DNA of 64,000 nt from an uncultured Clostridia bacterium. Lineage in GTDB: Bacteria; Bacillota; Clostridia; Christensenellales; UBA1242. The notes under the pieces are model-generated. The model made no database searches. It was given only the letters and a program-made list of their open reading frames with translations, and was not told where the DNA came from. Made by a program: the position numbers and the translations under genes. Positions 57,001 to 61,831 of this stretch are shown here, piece by piece (position 1 is the first letter of the stretch; each line of letters begins with the position of its first letter). The DNA is taken from assembly GCA_944360075.1 (NCBI GenBank), contig CALVTE010000001.1:117280-181279 (forward strand). The letters are read 5' to 3'.

Positions 57001-58005
57001 AAGCGCCTGCACTTTGAAAATATATTCAATCGAGCCCGAGCCGTCTTGAGCCTGCCTTGGACTGTCGCTGTCAACTTTCAAAAGCCTTTCAGTTGAGCCG
57101 TCAACGTTTTGACTACCAATGCTCAAAAGGCTTCCGTCTTCATTGTAAACCAGCGCTTGCAAATCAAGTCCGCCAAAATTGCTTGTCACTTCGCCGCTGA
57201 ATTTTACCGCCAAATAAGCAAGGTTTTCAAAAGTGTCACCCGAAATGTTTGGCGTTATTTCCACCGCAACTTCTCCGCTAGAAATATATTCAAAAACGCC
57301 CGTCTTTGTTTTTGCTCCGCCAATGTCAATCAGCGAAATATCAATAGGGTCAATGCAGGCAATCGAAACCGTTTGGCTCACTCCAAGATGCGTCGTTGCC
57401 CTTAAAACAACGCTGTCGTCCTTAAACTGCCTTGGCAAAGTGATTTGATCGCCAACAATTTCTGCCCCGTTATAGGAAGTTGTTTTGTTTTCAAACGTCC
57501 AGCTCACTTGCGTTCTATCGCTTGAAGAAGGGTTGAAAGTGAAATAGTCTCCCCCCACAAGAGTGTTTGTCTGCCCTTTAACCAAAAAGCGAGAGCTTTT
57601 GGTTTCAACATCTTCATTTTTATTTAAAATCTCTGTTACTTCTGTGTAAACCTCAACATGAACGGTTTTTTGAACGCCACCATGTTTTGTTGTCAAGACC
57701 AAATCGTTGTCTCCAACATTTTTAGCTGTTATGGTGATTGCCGATCTGCCATCAGAAGTCTCAACAATTTCCACGTCAGAAATGACTTCGTTAGCTTCCG
57801 ATAAATTCCAATTCAAAGTTTTATCGTCGGTGCCAGTTATGTTTGCATAAACAGTTGCCGTTGGATCTTCAAGCTCATTGTTGAGCTGAATTGAAACGGT
57901 TTGAGTTGACATCTCAAGCTCAATATGCGTTTCTGTGCAAGCATAAAGAATTGATGCACCAAGCATCATGAAAACGCTCAAAAATCCGACGATAAACTTT
58001 TTCAT
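39076..58005 (-). CDS. Giant secreted protein or putative lipoprotein (6,309 aa) with Ig-like arrays and multiple GLUG-type repeat modules
   Basis: The ORF is 18,930 nt and uninterrupted. An AAGGAGG RBS precedes it. The N-terminus MKKFIVGFLSVFMMLGASILYAC is a signal peptide with a lipobox-like Cys. The N-terminal domains are Big_2-like beta-sandwiches. It has 4 head-plus-GG[IL][IVA]G repeat modules. There is no LPXTG, SLH or choline-binding anchor. Confidence 0.85.
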   Translation of the reverse strand: MKKFIVGFLSVFMMLGASILYACTETHIELEMSTQTVSIQLNNELEDPTATVYANITGTDDKTLNWNLSEANEVISDVEIVETSDGRSAITITAKNVGDNDLVLTTKHGGVQKTVHVEVYTEVTEILNKNEDVETKSSRFLVKGQTNTLVGGDYFTFNPSSSDRTQVSWTFENKTTSYNGAEIVGDQITLPRQFKDDSVVLRATTHLGVSQTVSIACIDPIDISLIDIGGAKTKTGVFEYISSGEVAVEITPNISGDTFENLAYLAVKFSGEVTSNFGGLDLQALVYNEDGSLLSIGSQNVDGSTERLLKVDSDSPRQAQDGSGSIEYIFKVQALENRNINDVFFVAFNVGYKNYNYHISSDELGFGRIKVNAKEKIQKVSVTKDEMDASNEMQYLYSNYASSMNGGFGQLFEVSLTPRSVTQASGQIVLSVSTNGLGLRSNLSPVLVYTRSSGAYSEIGLEWDPNSSAFVSQPISSTLTDPLKHQIYLKANPDFFTAENEAGNPDSSFRGIGISFASVDNPKATQANMSVSVVKSSGSIEFETAVDQIKIDSSSVATISQNFTLLGQTTVDGLYIPENLSGSRYVEISEPVFQSTDGENVTFAINFTLKQDSLGLTNSQTSFVIMHENGAISNEIVLNIYLPLTEAAVVCDNSAASITMQNSSDKILINKEEQTDSMSPSVLMLKNGQTTLLSYKFNQTSNGVSAVASIEAAYLDFEYDENSSQDKQTQLENFLSLYNGDWNEIVNQAQNSSNILSSNLALDHIRTSGEGYSYLVLSFKGIGESGEDILIQRVILVHSYNAVESFSVSSASDTNFTLYASNSVGDTDQVRKTVRISYSAGEITYKDAVNFRFETTIGAQTLTGSIVGNSDSVRWTDETGASVTNPYFDIMAVNIQPSYLEFTIFALSTELAQNAPQLVNIYYSISAEQTGLDKVGLQDEAADAHRAQVNFVIINADRVEKLVVDGVDDGGLYFEVGTISDTTRFIVTSTSPDYAKDKGVRTFVVDENGQVTDSIVRVQNINNRLRVELEATSGTSGKLYIFPSDAVIGEQIIYRYQGGTGYLNINSLGQEKSGTGKSNFEWLAENAFFVNNQQQQISFASIFKSVDILVADGRSFAYAYRVFSEEDFNRGVEASSYFYTVMNDITLTNTHFDTFNGGLQGDNKNITITLSGQNFAGELKTAGREGGIIRNVTFNGSVTAAGFVVDKNSGVIKNVTVDTNGLSSSVLNANSGYVGGIAGTNTSSASIENVSVLGLTINGENATVGGVAGTNSGTIKQARVEFYRLEGEDLNTFTGNVVGGVIGQQVVSSASSVYQIYAYDYILTSDESNNNRLKGATTTGALIGQITGTGTFTFEESFAFVDNKVGQVTGTEESESYYQLSAFVGDAAGVEISYKLSYISYYDDTKNYQTVASDDFTGSRVITSDDSGFNVKINGGNSYLRYFYQDEKVETIPSEFMVLEKGGLFKAIPVNNGDETSSIIFFRAELVASVGASSLSESQAQDYQQLNTIDISDLCQYNKNIIVSSNSNSLIVTGSQLYIQSKGSGSLTLSSKQDVTLNKTISYIVEDALSPIIVSSQNASGKTEQFEHGHDSMVYLQKTMSRQFVAEFATDTVYLGNGADAFEIKMLEKFAISPEPKEATESSTEFEQVSNAVFAATAKEGDLTATIYAEISDERYQEAVTEQIGVSITISPVNGAISIGFDKNEISLSPSTVTVVNVTMMTTDSEDDASAQIALVSGQVETILTAETREGSDTTTYSKPDGTAVLQVTRTVSSDSDTSNSGVYQKEFSFRFEVAEGYRSKLSADEEYAIKFLSNSFYASEQTLTLKLSKQNISKVDITNYHIENTSYNDGKSTYTIDGATGVMAPGTSSIIQISVNPQYAHYDFMEFTVSGAPIADAVTFLPVEKSGTKYTTTNSISLEYMTNGFRFTPSTPSSNSDSKYNLYVVAVFNRAIPDCTLTFTATYKVYGQDGQPSEVTHANSYIFVSYLAEPTVTVDGMTSALLAKGGSAQIKVAVNIDQEVQAINISGATNVDYHVVGNPNGEIDPSSPNKRVYTYNLYANILATAGEDNRFYVNATVIRRINNNIETKTAQATVTLVDFKIDEKQTYLEGAVDGALNVYVNINQTLSLNYMFDPQYPSYDASDADSKDKYEEIMNSRSTFEQNHFYPEISSDGKVSQSDYLINVEKVYEEGAAKYQAIPLEDRIYYVTNSGSGENEYVPIKGASEDTSPFIISVDDNGRVNIRATTLTQSSQQIVIFTYVVVNGEESIVPTYVTLQTSLYSDEDLPIMVETPQEFMSLAESEDEQMHDYILMNDIVLESYTPFDTNFISSFDGNGHTIHIRSFDTQSSSSALNLALFKTVNAGTTLKNIRVNLYEGGNIAVDLSRKTTSNIAGFAITNYGIITNCEVVSFYTDQYAIGASGLNENAIMAKKSGDTGLIVTYNRGQGTGEQIMQNSSSWNSLVAGFVLNNNGNITNSRVGGDEVVELLAQDEIYTNQIMARKTSLENFTIQAQGQMAGFVLQNAGSIAASFVKNLAMTNKSSTAMESKAFAAGFVGTSSGKIMTSYVEGVKQPSIGTEKIYARLGSTISSEQCIIAGFILTNSGDSSLIENCYSNILISSSSNVGSVYLASGFVYRNEGRVANCYSASQVENQRYSQMNFSGLDANGDLLASGEYENCYYYDQDYSELDSSTGSSTEEAFKTDVIRVPDAGEEDYFYGFAIATYSLQDGIWAMDTGDGISGTEGLKLIEADMIAHSYRYALFYEDDQIAEGEPTYALPYGRIIFEDDPTYYIDASYGSSQNPIIIRDAEEFVQVTGSSNSTPIQEQYKTTIHGTYRLVSDIDMTAFNSQVVTLPSTQKAFSGTLYGNGFNITGLSLSYNGKNLSYGLFKSIEKYEVRNSQGTVIATYNPKITGLNIEVASNLLAGDTLFVGTLAGYVKDALLININLEYANGSMVQGRNFTGALAGVVAGDSILKNITVTDPHVQSVRITSSSPDVQTFVDLKAINNARSSSGWLSKLAYTTNVTEVESPIQNLSYAGGIVGYVDIYGTATSSAFTYTEVPLFNVSNIRASGQINIVGQVVGGLFGLTAHQTFVQDAGVTISGSMSSNSSHILSTKDYAGGVIGQSFGFLRKIFSTHEEQEQQAIEDQIASFYNSGESENSQIERGVLDLFMSSNESTTYSQIAIGGLVGQVGSGTLQVSYSNLNVISLTAKSAGGLIGETNLSQSSTYFVDKSIIAAGQYTKYLLYETYASGDVRAYYYNDNANGQHTEGHSGGLIGYISNDQDRVALLSTNAVNFFTNIDYRTGQTYSFDDFADKFEGGSEKNMPDLNKVAKHVYQFVGGSTKPDNLGVQIKFWKARDDSKLAQEGGTAGEGSSTGTQAEIASVGYVQSYSFADYDQELLINLYPNNKYFAENDDDPTAKALYQVESISTFTTGTAGYEKTQKIFLNSGTWQQSNWSHQPDQFFPDIRYSLADPTTVYLDAYPSSIEYVLGLMQTNPTLNVIVRGYKDESGRDYADVNLRDFLSRYPIRNFAGSLTGNDNYKTDNGQVKLIIAQSLFESTAIGFSIENLEVEVSTVASGDTIKVNGGVISRAKIEGSTINDLKLYINGGVTVTPVDDAAGLIAPTLDSTKISNITIDSSSKEAGAQSVLAVDTTKMGNDSTLNVGLLAGEFVQNSSTSNMEAQFIKMTFSENLSSKEISFANDPNVGNLNVGLYFGSTSKGDGTLNQSVNLYGFSSDRTAKIDLSNITVKGTINAGGYIGATQNLNNLQKDEEKAAAVELTLPQTVPNLNAGGLVGQTTAGGALELTSGSEVTFTVSGVDVSKGAYIGGLIGHSNTEFTASNFDIKMGVKNVAATEDSGTSPALAVGGVVGYSTTKLTLDDIEVRNSGDGIEVKSASTSIVGIGSLVGYSAGVISSNSGGLYSDLDISYFNYENQAKATSSDLYIGGMIGYQAAATDNDAAETGNDAAATGNTLGSKGNGVAYLGRITADLSARDAILGGIVGYYHNSESNDEAIAINSSVFGGDIIVKNPTGDRTVVVGGTIGKANANFTIDKANNYGEVFIDYGTATTSRMTSYYFGGIVGSIDSSLSNSSNGSLGTVSNSNSMVTNHNARLAVTDNANALIGAGELTSTDGNYYNSAVALAFDTQGTDIGYSGSNSLEGFGDSQTGAYIIDKVTTAIDDGAFINFAKEVYGQGANWYNNVSKLNPKTKYDASGMETLSERDTDEYKVTYYSATDSLAAMQGEDLGKNVAIVGNFDASLSLASPITSISGYSSISGFNLDIKREAEFTAASSENSTPTIYGGLVNSMSGNSIIYGIGVNGSMSIGGTKTVTMGGIVGSMSGGLIAESYTNLDMIYRAASGGTISAIANYDSSGSVVSFIDYTYATGSVATYIDANVYAFASSNVTDSNPNLNISNAYTITKLDLNDYTDGTFDVAEDETAAGDETKVEVSVKGSATGDVYYDINGLNYSSLQGDDETTTDLTTDNLLTGNLNNDQVRLGNNWAREVNFNWGYPTRNFTYLKQSSWAKFGDWTSGGDSGYDRYVQTRTYTREGNGTEITNTEGYAYTIPNAGILANLNTITAGAENVALLYDIDLGNTEFVDENGVAWGAISSFAAQFDGQDKTITGLDKNLFGTVSGTIRNLRLTEANTSTPLLATTMTGGTISNITLEGEINASSGNVGGLVGTMSGGSIDTVTSMVKITNTSTRTNPSPYVGGIVGELKNGSLYYCSNYGPISAVRGYAGGIVGSASNNSGNEQYINHCFNGGSVLSGYTAGSIDGGITCYASGITGYAGEDITIDFCYNAGMIKAGNKENVGDAALAYAAGIAASAASDTTISNCYNEGPIEALGKDPEYGYEVTGVEYDGDDVLSSVTNPMIYLVQKSPQNISAYHIANTSVTNCSSDGELVLNGAMLKEGESYASAKYYYSQNESTISRSGDHYLIEDLNGKSLSSTIEYKFSNYTMPHWYYYKYKIEQLSVHLDSKDWDYSYYSSMQLNDLGLPEVFVETQKVLASVKLSRLKERKNSAQQIGVHEDGEMFFKETINRNYYYDISAMVQSTISSKESALGSTAETEDNGYQELKQSGYASEKGDTKTVSIGGTTYALTSSFSTLSQGTYSYSWTYNLKNNDDTTFASCASDTDVSHWIVSNASVGDVQNGTTVDSIDIDVTVEKIDANGNMTLTYRGEELPYTTLTFDLTYQKQTTIALSGGPSDFVYIDENSFGIDLSDEESDDIYVYVNQSLTLSSGEETYNNVVKMTGDNDTAYYFVVSGDRLIYYFDATASDGGKNAAKPGNQTINQFVSNFPTELTAEKSASGSISTSANAGGSFTINYSKGWMDSNESTLSRSGFEFENDTLEISEDGTEANIYFSNGTSNLWLRVEKNVNENKIRIGINSGWERMQIHASLLSTTFLNTYNKESTHTIESNFKRAAELSALFPEGANITETAEYVVPENGTPYFSVTLSSDQNFYNNNTCFQTFCYSISLASAYAQSDQQAEEKSLINNSATSFTYNVPEEEFASAEDYNIFSSVEGVYTYSQTYSRNVSRSKRTWNYDSLAEANEALFRGEALTVKDSATYTLDNATFTNTSSQAFVYRIGTGTEILLNAGANVSFQEKLTGAEQNVYVYSTADSYLTGGETVTVTMDKKDITEDESGNITTIWTEITFTFSDGAITGELGYNCSQTAGSSSPDKTPINDFDISKYLAVFKVGGEGGPYSYYVYSVDTSKQIDGINSTKASIDKLELTFNKNQYKEEEIESDLTTEDYDSQIYDYDAESDTISTYFNNKTSLSHTKTVSKNSLSITGQQTSTTKYPVILTGDVFVTNSIAVNYNLYGNGYAIIGMSDETTSIKEWEWIVIMFIYTDTGYDYKHRVVTSVSKEVQDVTISGASTNGAFAVESANYSNVKLYGSEYYDYYSPSISAYQNVELNVSYFGDSFNSTVNNEENSTIFKGVVALRRLSSYGTSGRNITFASGITFDGAVLKASDGTNGKVALSDNEVWEPEFAESIKSGGNAGGVTIDGNKSECTIVASKAAVSGGVYKSDEVSNSRWIFYKRAFGKIAATGGDDLNLKITRTSPSTFAYSTGDSDDTRYQSAIFAVQTPLGRSVSGATPSEVGVFSSTAKNPGTAKLFMMSRSNLVNGFNDEGESNEDHEVYERWYLQYIIFTADGLPVYSQDSFIAAGGVIAEKEVNLTNYFKENSSGDFNVWRLELKFEKATESTQYKGFMNVNFKTPGQFAYSQGSETLESAAISFIKDNIGNINLYFYLEVSAYNFYMESRIVTDNALLIDECIKSIESIGDDSMGDIVAII
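46084..46146 (-). repeat. In-frame 3 x 21-bp imperfect tandem repeat inside the giant gene
   Basis: Units ATTGCCAGTAGCCGCTGCATC / ATTGCCAGTTTCCGCTGCATC / ATTGTCAGTTGCCGCTGCCTG encode QAAATDN-DAAETGN-DAAATGN. Confidence 0.8.
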
Positions 58006-58054
58006 TTTGCCTCCTTGTTTAATATTTGTAATTTAAAAAATATTAAACGCAACA

Positions 58055-58079
58055 CGGTCGAGAAAAATAGTCTCGACCG
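58055..58079 (-). promoter_or_regulatory. 8-bp stem hairpin in the predicted 5' UTR of the giant gene
   Basis: CGGTCGAG-9 nt-CTCGACCG, about 50 nt upstream of the start codon. No T-run follows it on the minus strand, so it is probably not a terminator. Confidence 0.4.
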
Positions 58080-58092
58080 ACCTTTCGAAAAA

Positions 58093-58121
58093 ATTATACT
58101 TTTAATGTCGAAAAAAGTCAA
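58093..58121 (-). promoter_or_regulatory. Near-consensus sigma-A promoter for the giant gene (TTGACT-N17-TATAAT)
   Basis: The minus strand reads TTGACTtttttcgacattaaaagTATAAT. The predicted 5' UTR is about 80 nt. Confidence 0.55.
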
Positions 58122-58294
58122 ATGAAATGAAATTAAAATATATAAAATATTTATAAAATATTTTTCTTGAATATTTTGCGTTTGAAAGGCTTGCTGAAAT
58201 TTTTGAAAATTGCACAAATTTATTAAATCATTTTTCTGCTTCCGTTTTAAACATGGAAAAATGCTTTTTTTAAACATTTTTTGAAAGAAATAAC

Positions 58295-58342
58295 AATTTT
58301 TTTATATTTTTTGCATTTTTTTTGAATTTTTTTATATTTTTT
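58295..58342. repeat. 18-nt A/T-tract direct repeat with 30-bp period in the divergent intergenic region
   Basis: AATTTTTTTATATTTTTT at 58295-58312 and 58325-58342. It is embedded in successive T7-T9 tracts. Confidence 0.7.
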
Positions 58343-58403
58343 TGATAATTATTTGCAATTTCGCATTTTTTTGATAAAATAAAATCGACTAAAAAGGATG
58401 AAT

Positions 58404-59105
58404 ATGAGAAAAATTTTGAGTGGCCTTAGAAAAGCCATAGAAGAATATAAGTTGATAAACCATGGCGACAAAATTGCCGTTGGGCTCTCTGGCGGAAAAG
58501 ATAGCCTTTGCCTTCTGCAAGCTCTTTGCGAGTATAAAAAATATATATTTCCTCACTTCGACCTAGTGGCCATTGCGGTGGATTTGACAAACGGAAAAAA
58601 CGACTACAGGGGTTTGAAAAACTTTTGCAAGCAAAATGATGTCAAGCTTGAAATTGTGCCTTCAAATGTTTTTGAAATTGTTTTTGACATTCGAAAAGAA
58701 AAAAATCCCTGCTCGCTTTGTGCAAACTTAAGGCGGGGGCTTTTAAACAGCAAGGCAAAAGAGCTTGGCTGCAACAAAGTCGCACTTGGCCACCACCAAG
58801 ATGATTTGATTGAAACTTTTGTGCTTTCGCTGTTTTTTGAAGGGCGCTTGTCCACCTTCAAGCCAAGCACCTATCTTTCAAAAACTGACCTAAGCGTGAT
58901 AAGACCTATGATTTTTGTCAGTGAAAAAGAAATTGAAAGGGCTACGAAAGATTTTCCAATTCTGCACAATCCCTGCCCTTCTGACAAACACACCGAGCGA
59001 GAAAAAGCTAAAACTCTTTTGGCAACTTTGGAGGCAAACTACCCCGGTTGCAAAGAAAAAATTTTTAATGCCATAATCCACACGGAAAGGTATAATTTGT
59101 TTTAA
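58404..59105 (+). CDS. ttcA: PP-loop ATPase, TtcA-like tRNA 2-thiocytidine biosynthesis protein
   Basis: Contains the SGGKDS PP-loop (GLSGGKDSLCLL) and the CSLCANLRRG Cys motif. AAGGA lies 6 nt before the ATG at 58404; an alternative ATG is at 58398. Confidence 0.8.
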   Translation: MRKILSGLRKAIEEYKLINHGDKIAVGLSGGKDSLCLLQALCEYKKYIFPHFDLVAIAVDLTNGKNDYRGLKNFCKQNDVKLEIVPSNVFEIVFDIRKEKNPCSLCANLRRGLLNSKAKELGCNKVALGHHQDDLIETFVLSLFFEGRLSTFKPSTYLSKTDLSVIRPMIFVSEKEIERATKDFPILHNPCPSDKHTEREKAKTLLATLEANYPGCKEKIFNAIIHTERYNLF

Positions 59106-59138
59106 AAAGACAATAATTTGACAAAAAAGCTGAAAAAT

Positions 59139-59167
59139 TTGACAATTTTTATTATTTTTTATACAAT
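59139..59167 (+). promoter_or_regulatory. Candidate sigma-A promoter for gpmI (TTGACA-N17-TACAAT)
   Basis: Hexamers at 59139-59144 and 59162-59167. A second TTGACA lies at 59118-59123. Confidence 0.5.
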
Positions 59168-59190
59168 TTTTCAAAAAAAGGAAACAAAAT

Positions 59191-60690
59191 ATGGTCACAT
59201 TGATTATTTTAGACGGTTTTGGTCTGAGCAAAAAAAAGTTTGGAAATGCCATTGCCAGCGCGGGCACGCCACACCTTGACAAACTGAAAAAAAACTATCC
59301 TTACACCACCCTTTTGGCCAGTGGGCAAAGTGTGGGGCTGCCAAAAGGCCAAATGGGGAACAGCGAAGTGGGGCATTTGACACTGGGTGGCGGAAGAGTG
59401 ATTTTGCAAGACCTTGAAAAAATCAATGAATCGATTGAAAAAGGCAGTTTTTTTGAAAATAAAGCGCTTGCCAAGGCCATTATGCACGCAAAAAACAACA
59501 ACAGCAACTTGCACCTTATGGGGCTTTTGTCTGATGGCGGAGTTCATAGCCATATAAACCATCTTTTTGCCATCATTGATATGGCAAAAAAAGCAGGTCT
59601 GCAAAAGGTTTTTGTTCACGCTTTTCTTGACGGCAGAGATACTCCGTTTAATAGCGGAGAAAAATATATTTCCGCCCTTGAAGAGCGCATCAAAGCCACA
59701 CCTTTCAAAATCGCATCAATTGGCGGCAGAATTTATGCAATGGACAGAGAAGCGCGATATGAAAGATTGCAAAAGGCCTATGATGTGCTTGTTGGAAACG
59801 TCACAGCCCTCAACAAAACCGCTCAGCAAGCCCTTGAAGAAAGCTATAACCATGGTGTTTACGACGAGTTTGTTGAGCCTGTTTTGCTGGAAAAGGATGG
59901 GGTAATCAAAGATAATGACAGCGTGATATTCTTCAATTTCCGCTCTGACAGGGCGATTGAGCTGACAAAAGCGCTTACTGACAAAAATTTTGACAAATTC
60001 ACCATAAAAAAATTCAAAAACCTATTGTTTTCGCCTATGGAACTTTATCATGAAAGTTTTTCCCATCTCAATGTGATTTTTCCGCAAGAAAAAATTGAAG
60101 ACAACCTTTCTGCGATAATCTCTCAAGCAGGTTTAAAACAATTCCACATTGCTGAAACCACCAAATATGCCCACGTGACCTTCTTTTTCAACGGCACAAT
60201 TGAAAAACCATACAAAAACGAAGACCGAAAGTTGATTGACAGCATCGACACCAAAGATTTTTCATACTATCCAAATATGCGCGGGCCAGAAATTACAGAA
60301 GAAACTTTGGATGCGATTGCCTCTGCCAAATACGATTTTATTCTTGTAAACTATTCAAACCCTGACATGATTGGCCATACTGGAAATTTTGAAGCGACAA
60401 AAAAGGCGATAGCCTGCGTTGAAAAACACGCCTACGCTCTTGCTCTTGCCACCCTTATGGCTGGCGGCGACTGCATCATAACAGCCGACCACGGAAACGC
60501 AGAAGAGATGATTGATGAAAAAGGCAACAAAATCACTTCGCACACCACAAATCCCGTTCCATGCTATCTTGTCAGCGAAAGGATGAAAAAGGCAAAACTA
60601 AAAAAAGGATCGCTTGCAAATGTGGCTCCAACCGTTTTAAAACTGCTTGGAATAACAATCCCAAAAACAATGGAAAAACCGCTGTTTTAA
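59191..60690 (+). CDS. gpmI: 2,3-bisphosphoglycerate-independent phosphoglycerate mutase
   Basis: MVTLIILDGFGLS...GQMGNSEVGHLTLGGGRV...ITADHGNAE. Confidence 0.96.
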   Translation: MVTLIILDGFGLSKKKFGNAIASAGTPHLDKLKKNYPYTTLLASGQSVGLPKGQMGNSEVGHLTLGGGRVILQDLEKINESIEKGSFFENKALAKAIMHAKNNNSNLHLMGLLSDGGVHSHINHLFAIIDMAKKAGLQKVFVHAFLDGRDTPFNSGEKYISALEERIKATPFKIASIGGRIYAMDREARYERLQKAYDVLVGNVTALNKTAQQALEESYNHGVYDEFVEPVLLEKDGVIKDNDSVIFFNFRSDRAIELTKALTDKNFDKFTIKKFKNLLFSPMELYHESFSHLNVIFPQEKIEDNLSAIISQAGLKQFHIAETTKYAHVTFFFNGTIEKPYKNEDRKLIDSIDTKDFSYYPNMRGPEITEETLDAIASAKYDFILVNYSNPDMIGHTGNFEATKKAIACVEKHAYALALATLMAGGDCIITADHGNAEEMIDEKGNKITSHTTNPVPCYLVSERMKKAKLKKGSLANVAPTVLKLLGITIPKTMEKPLF

Positions 60691-60709
60691 TTCAGCGGTT
60701 TTTGTTTTT
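60675..60709. terminator. Bidirectional terminator between convergent gpmI and mscS, overlapping the gpmI stop
   Basis: AAAACCGCTG-8 nt-CAGCGGTTTT followed by TGTTTTTG. Confidence 0.55.
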
Positions 60710-60710
60710 G

Positions 60711-61775
60711 TCAATTTTTTAAAATATATTTTTTTCTCTTTAATTTTCGAGAAATTTTGCCACTTTTTTGCATTTTTTCTTGATTTTTCAGCAAATTTTC
60801 TTGAATTTCAAATTTTTCTGTGTTTTTCCTTTTGTTTTTTCTTGATTTTTTCTTGAAAAAGATTGATGACAAATCTGCATTTTCAAGGTCAAAATCTCGC
60901 TTTTCAACCCTGATTTTTTCCACCCTTTTTGGAATTGGCTTTTTGTCGACCGGCAAAGCAGGGTTATCTTTTCTCTGCCTGATTTCAAGCTGGTCATAAG
61001 GGATAGATATGTTGTTTTTCTTAAGTTCGTTATACACAAGCTCTAGCACATCATGGTATACTTCCCAGTAGTCCTCTCTGTCACACCATGCCCTTGCAAC
61101 AAACTCGATGCTGCTTGAGCCAAGGCTGTTGAGTCGGCAAAATGGTGCTGGGTCAAGCCTTACCTTGCCATTGCTATACATACATTTGACAACAAGTTTT
61201 TTCACCTTTTCCACATCACTTTCATATGCCACAGCAAACTTCCATTCAACTCGTCTGGTTTTGCAACTGTCATAGTCCACCACCGAGTTGTTGATGATAG
61301 TGGAATTTGGAATGGTCACACGCTTGTTGTCAGAGGTGAGAATGGTTGTGAACAAGAAATTTATCTGAACTACCGTGCCTTCTTTGCCGTCAACTTGAAT
61401 ATAGTCGCCTTTTTTAAACATTTTTGAAGACACAACAATCAAACCATTGGCAGCATTGGCAATGTTGCTTTCAAGGGCAAGGCCTATTGCAAGAATAAGT
61501 GCGCTCAAAGCCGTCAATATTCCTGTGATTTGCACGCCGATGATGGACAAAAGCGCCAAAACCAAACATAGGTAGAGCAAAACTTTTAAAATCGCTATGA
61601 TAAACCCTACTGCAATCTTTTCAATTTTTGTTCTGTTTAAAAGCCTGCGTGAAATGTTGATTAAAATCTTTATCAAAATAATTCCTGCAAAAAGCACGGC
61701 AAAAAACAGCACTATATTCCAAATATTTGTCTCAAAAAAAGTGACGATATCATTCCAAAGTTGATTCCAATCCAT
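60711..61775 (-). CDS. Mechanosensitive ion channel, MscS family, with a Lys-rich C-terminal tail
   Basis: TM helices plus the MscS beta-domain pattern (FKKGDYIQVDGKEGTVVQINFLFTTILTSDNKRVTIPNS). Confidence 0.9.
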   Translation of the reverse strand: MDWNQLWNDIVTFFETNIWNIVLFFAVLFAGIILIKILINISRRLLNRTKIEKIAVGFIIAILKVLLYLCLVLALLSIIGVQITGILTALSALILAIGLALESNIANAANGLIVVSSKMFKKGDYIQVDGKEGTVVQINFLFTTILTSDNKRVTIPNSTIINNSVVDYDSCKTRRVEWKFAVAYESDVEKVKKLVVKCMYSNGKVRLDPAPFCRLNSLGSSSIEFVARAWCDREDYWEVYHDVLELVYNELKKNNISIPYDQLEIRQRKDNPALPVDKKPIPKRVEKIRVEKRDFDLENADLSSIFFKKKSRKNKRKNTEKFEIQENLLKNQEKMQKSGKISRKLKRKKYILKN

Positions 61776-61831
61776 AACATAAACCTTCTTTAGATATAAG
61801 TCTAATCAAACAGCAAAAAAATGTCAAACGA

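Noticed and set aside
39926-57448. About 45 track ORFs of 60-166 aa on both strands inside the giant gene (for example 43871-44302, 46292-46729, 46913-47362, 47661-48161)
   Set aside because: All lie in alternative frames of one uninterrupted 18.9-kb ORF with coherent repeat architecture. Their translations are low-complexity and lack start signals.
58002-58277. 91-aa minus-strand ORF upstream of and overlapping the giant gene start
   Set aside because: It lies in the A/T-rich promoter and leader region and overlaps the predicted promoter and hairpin. Its composition is low-complexity F/I/K-rich. It is not coding.
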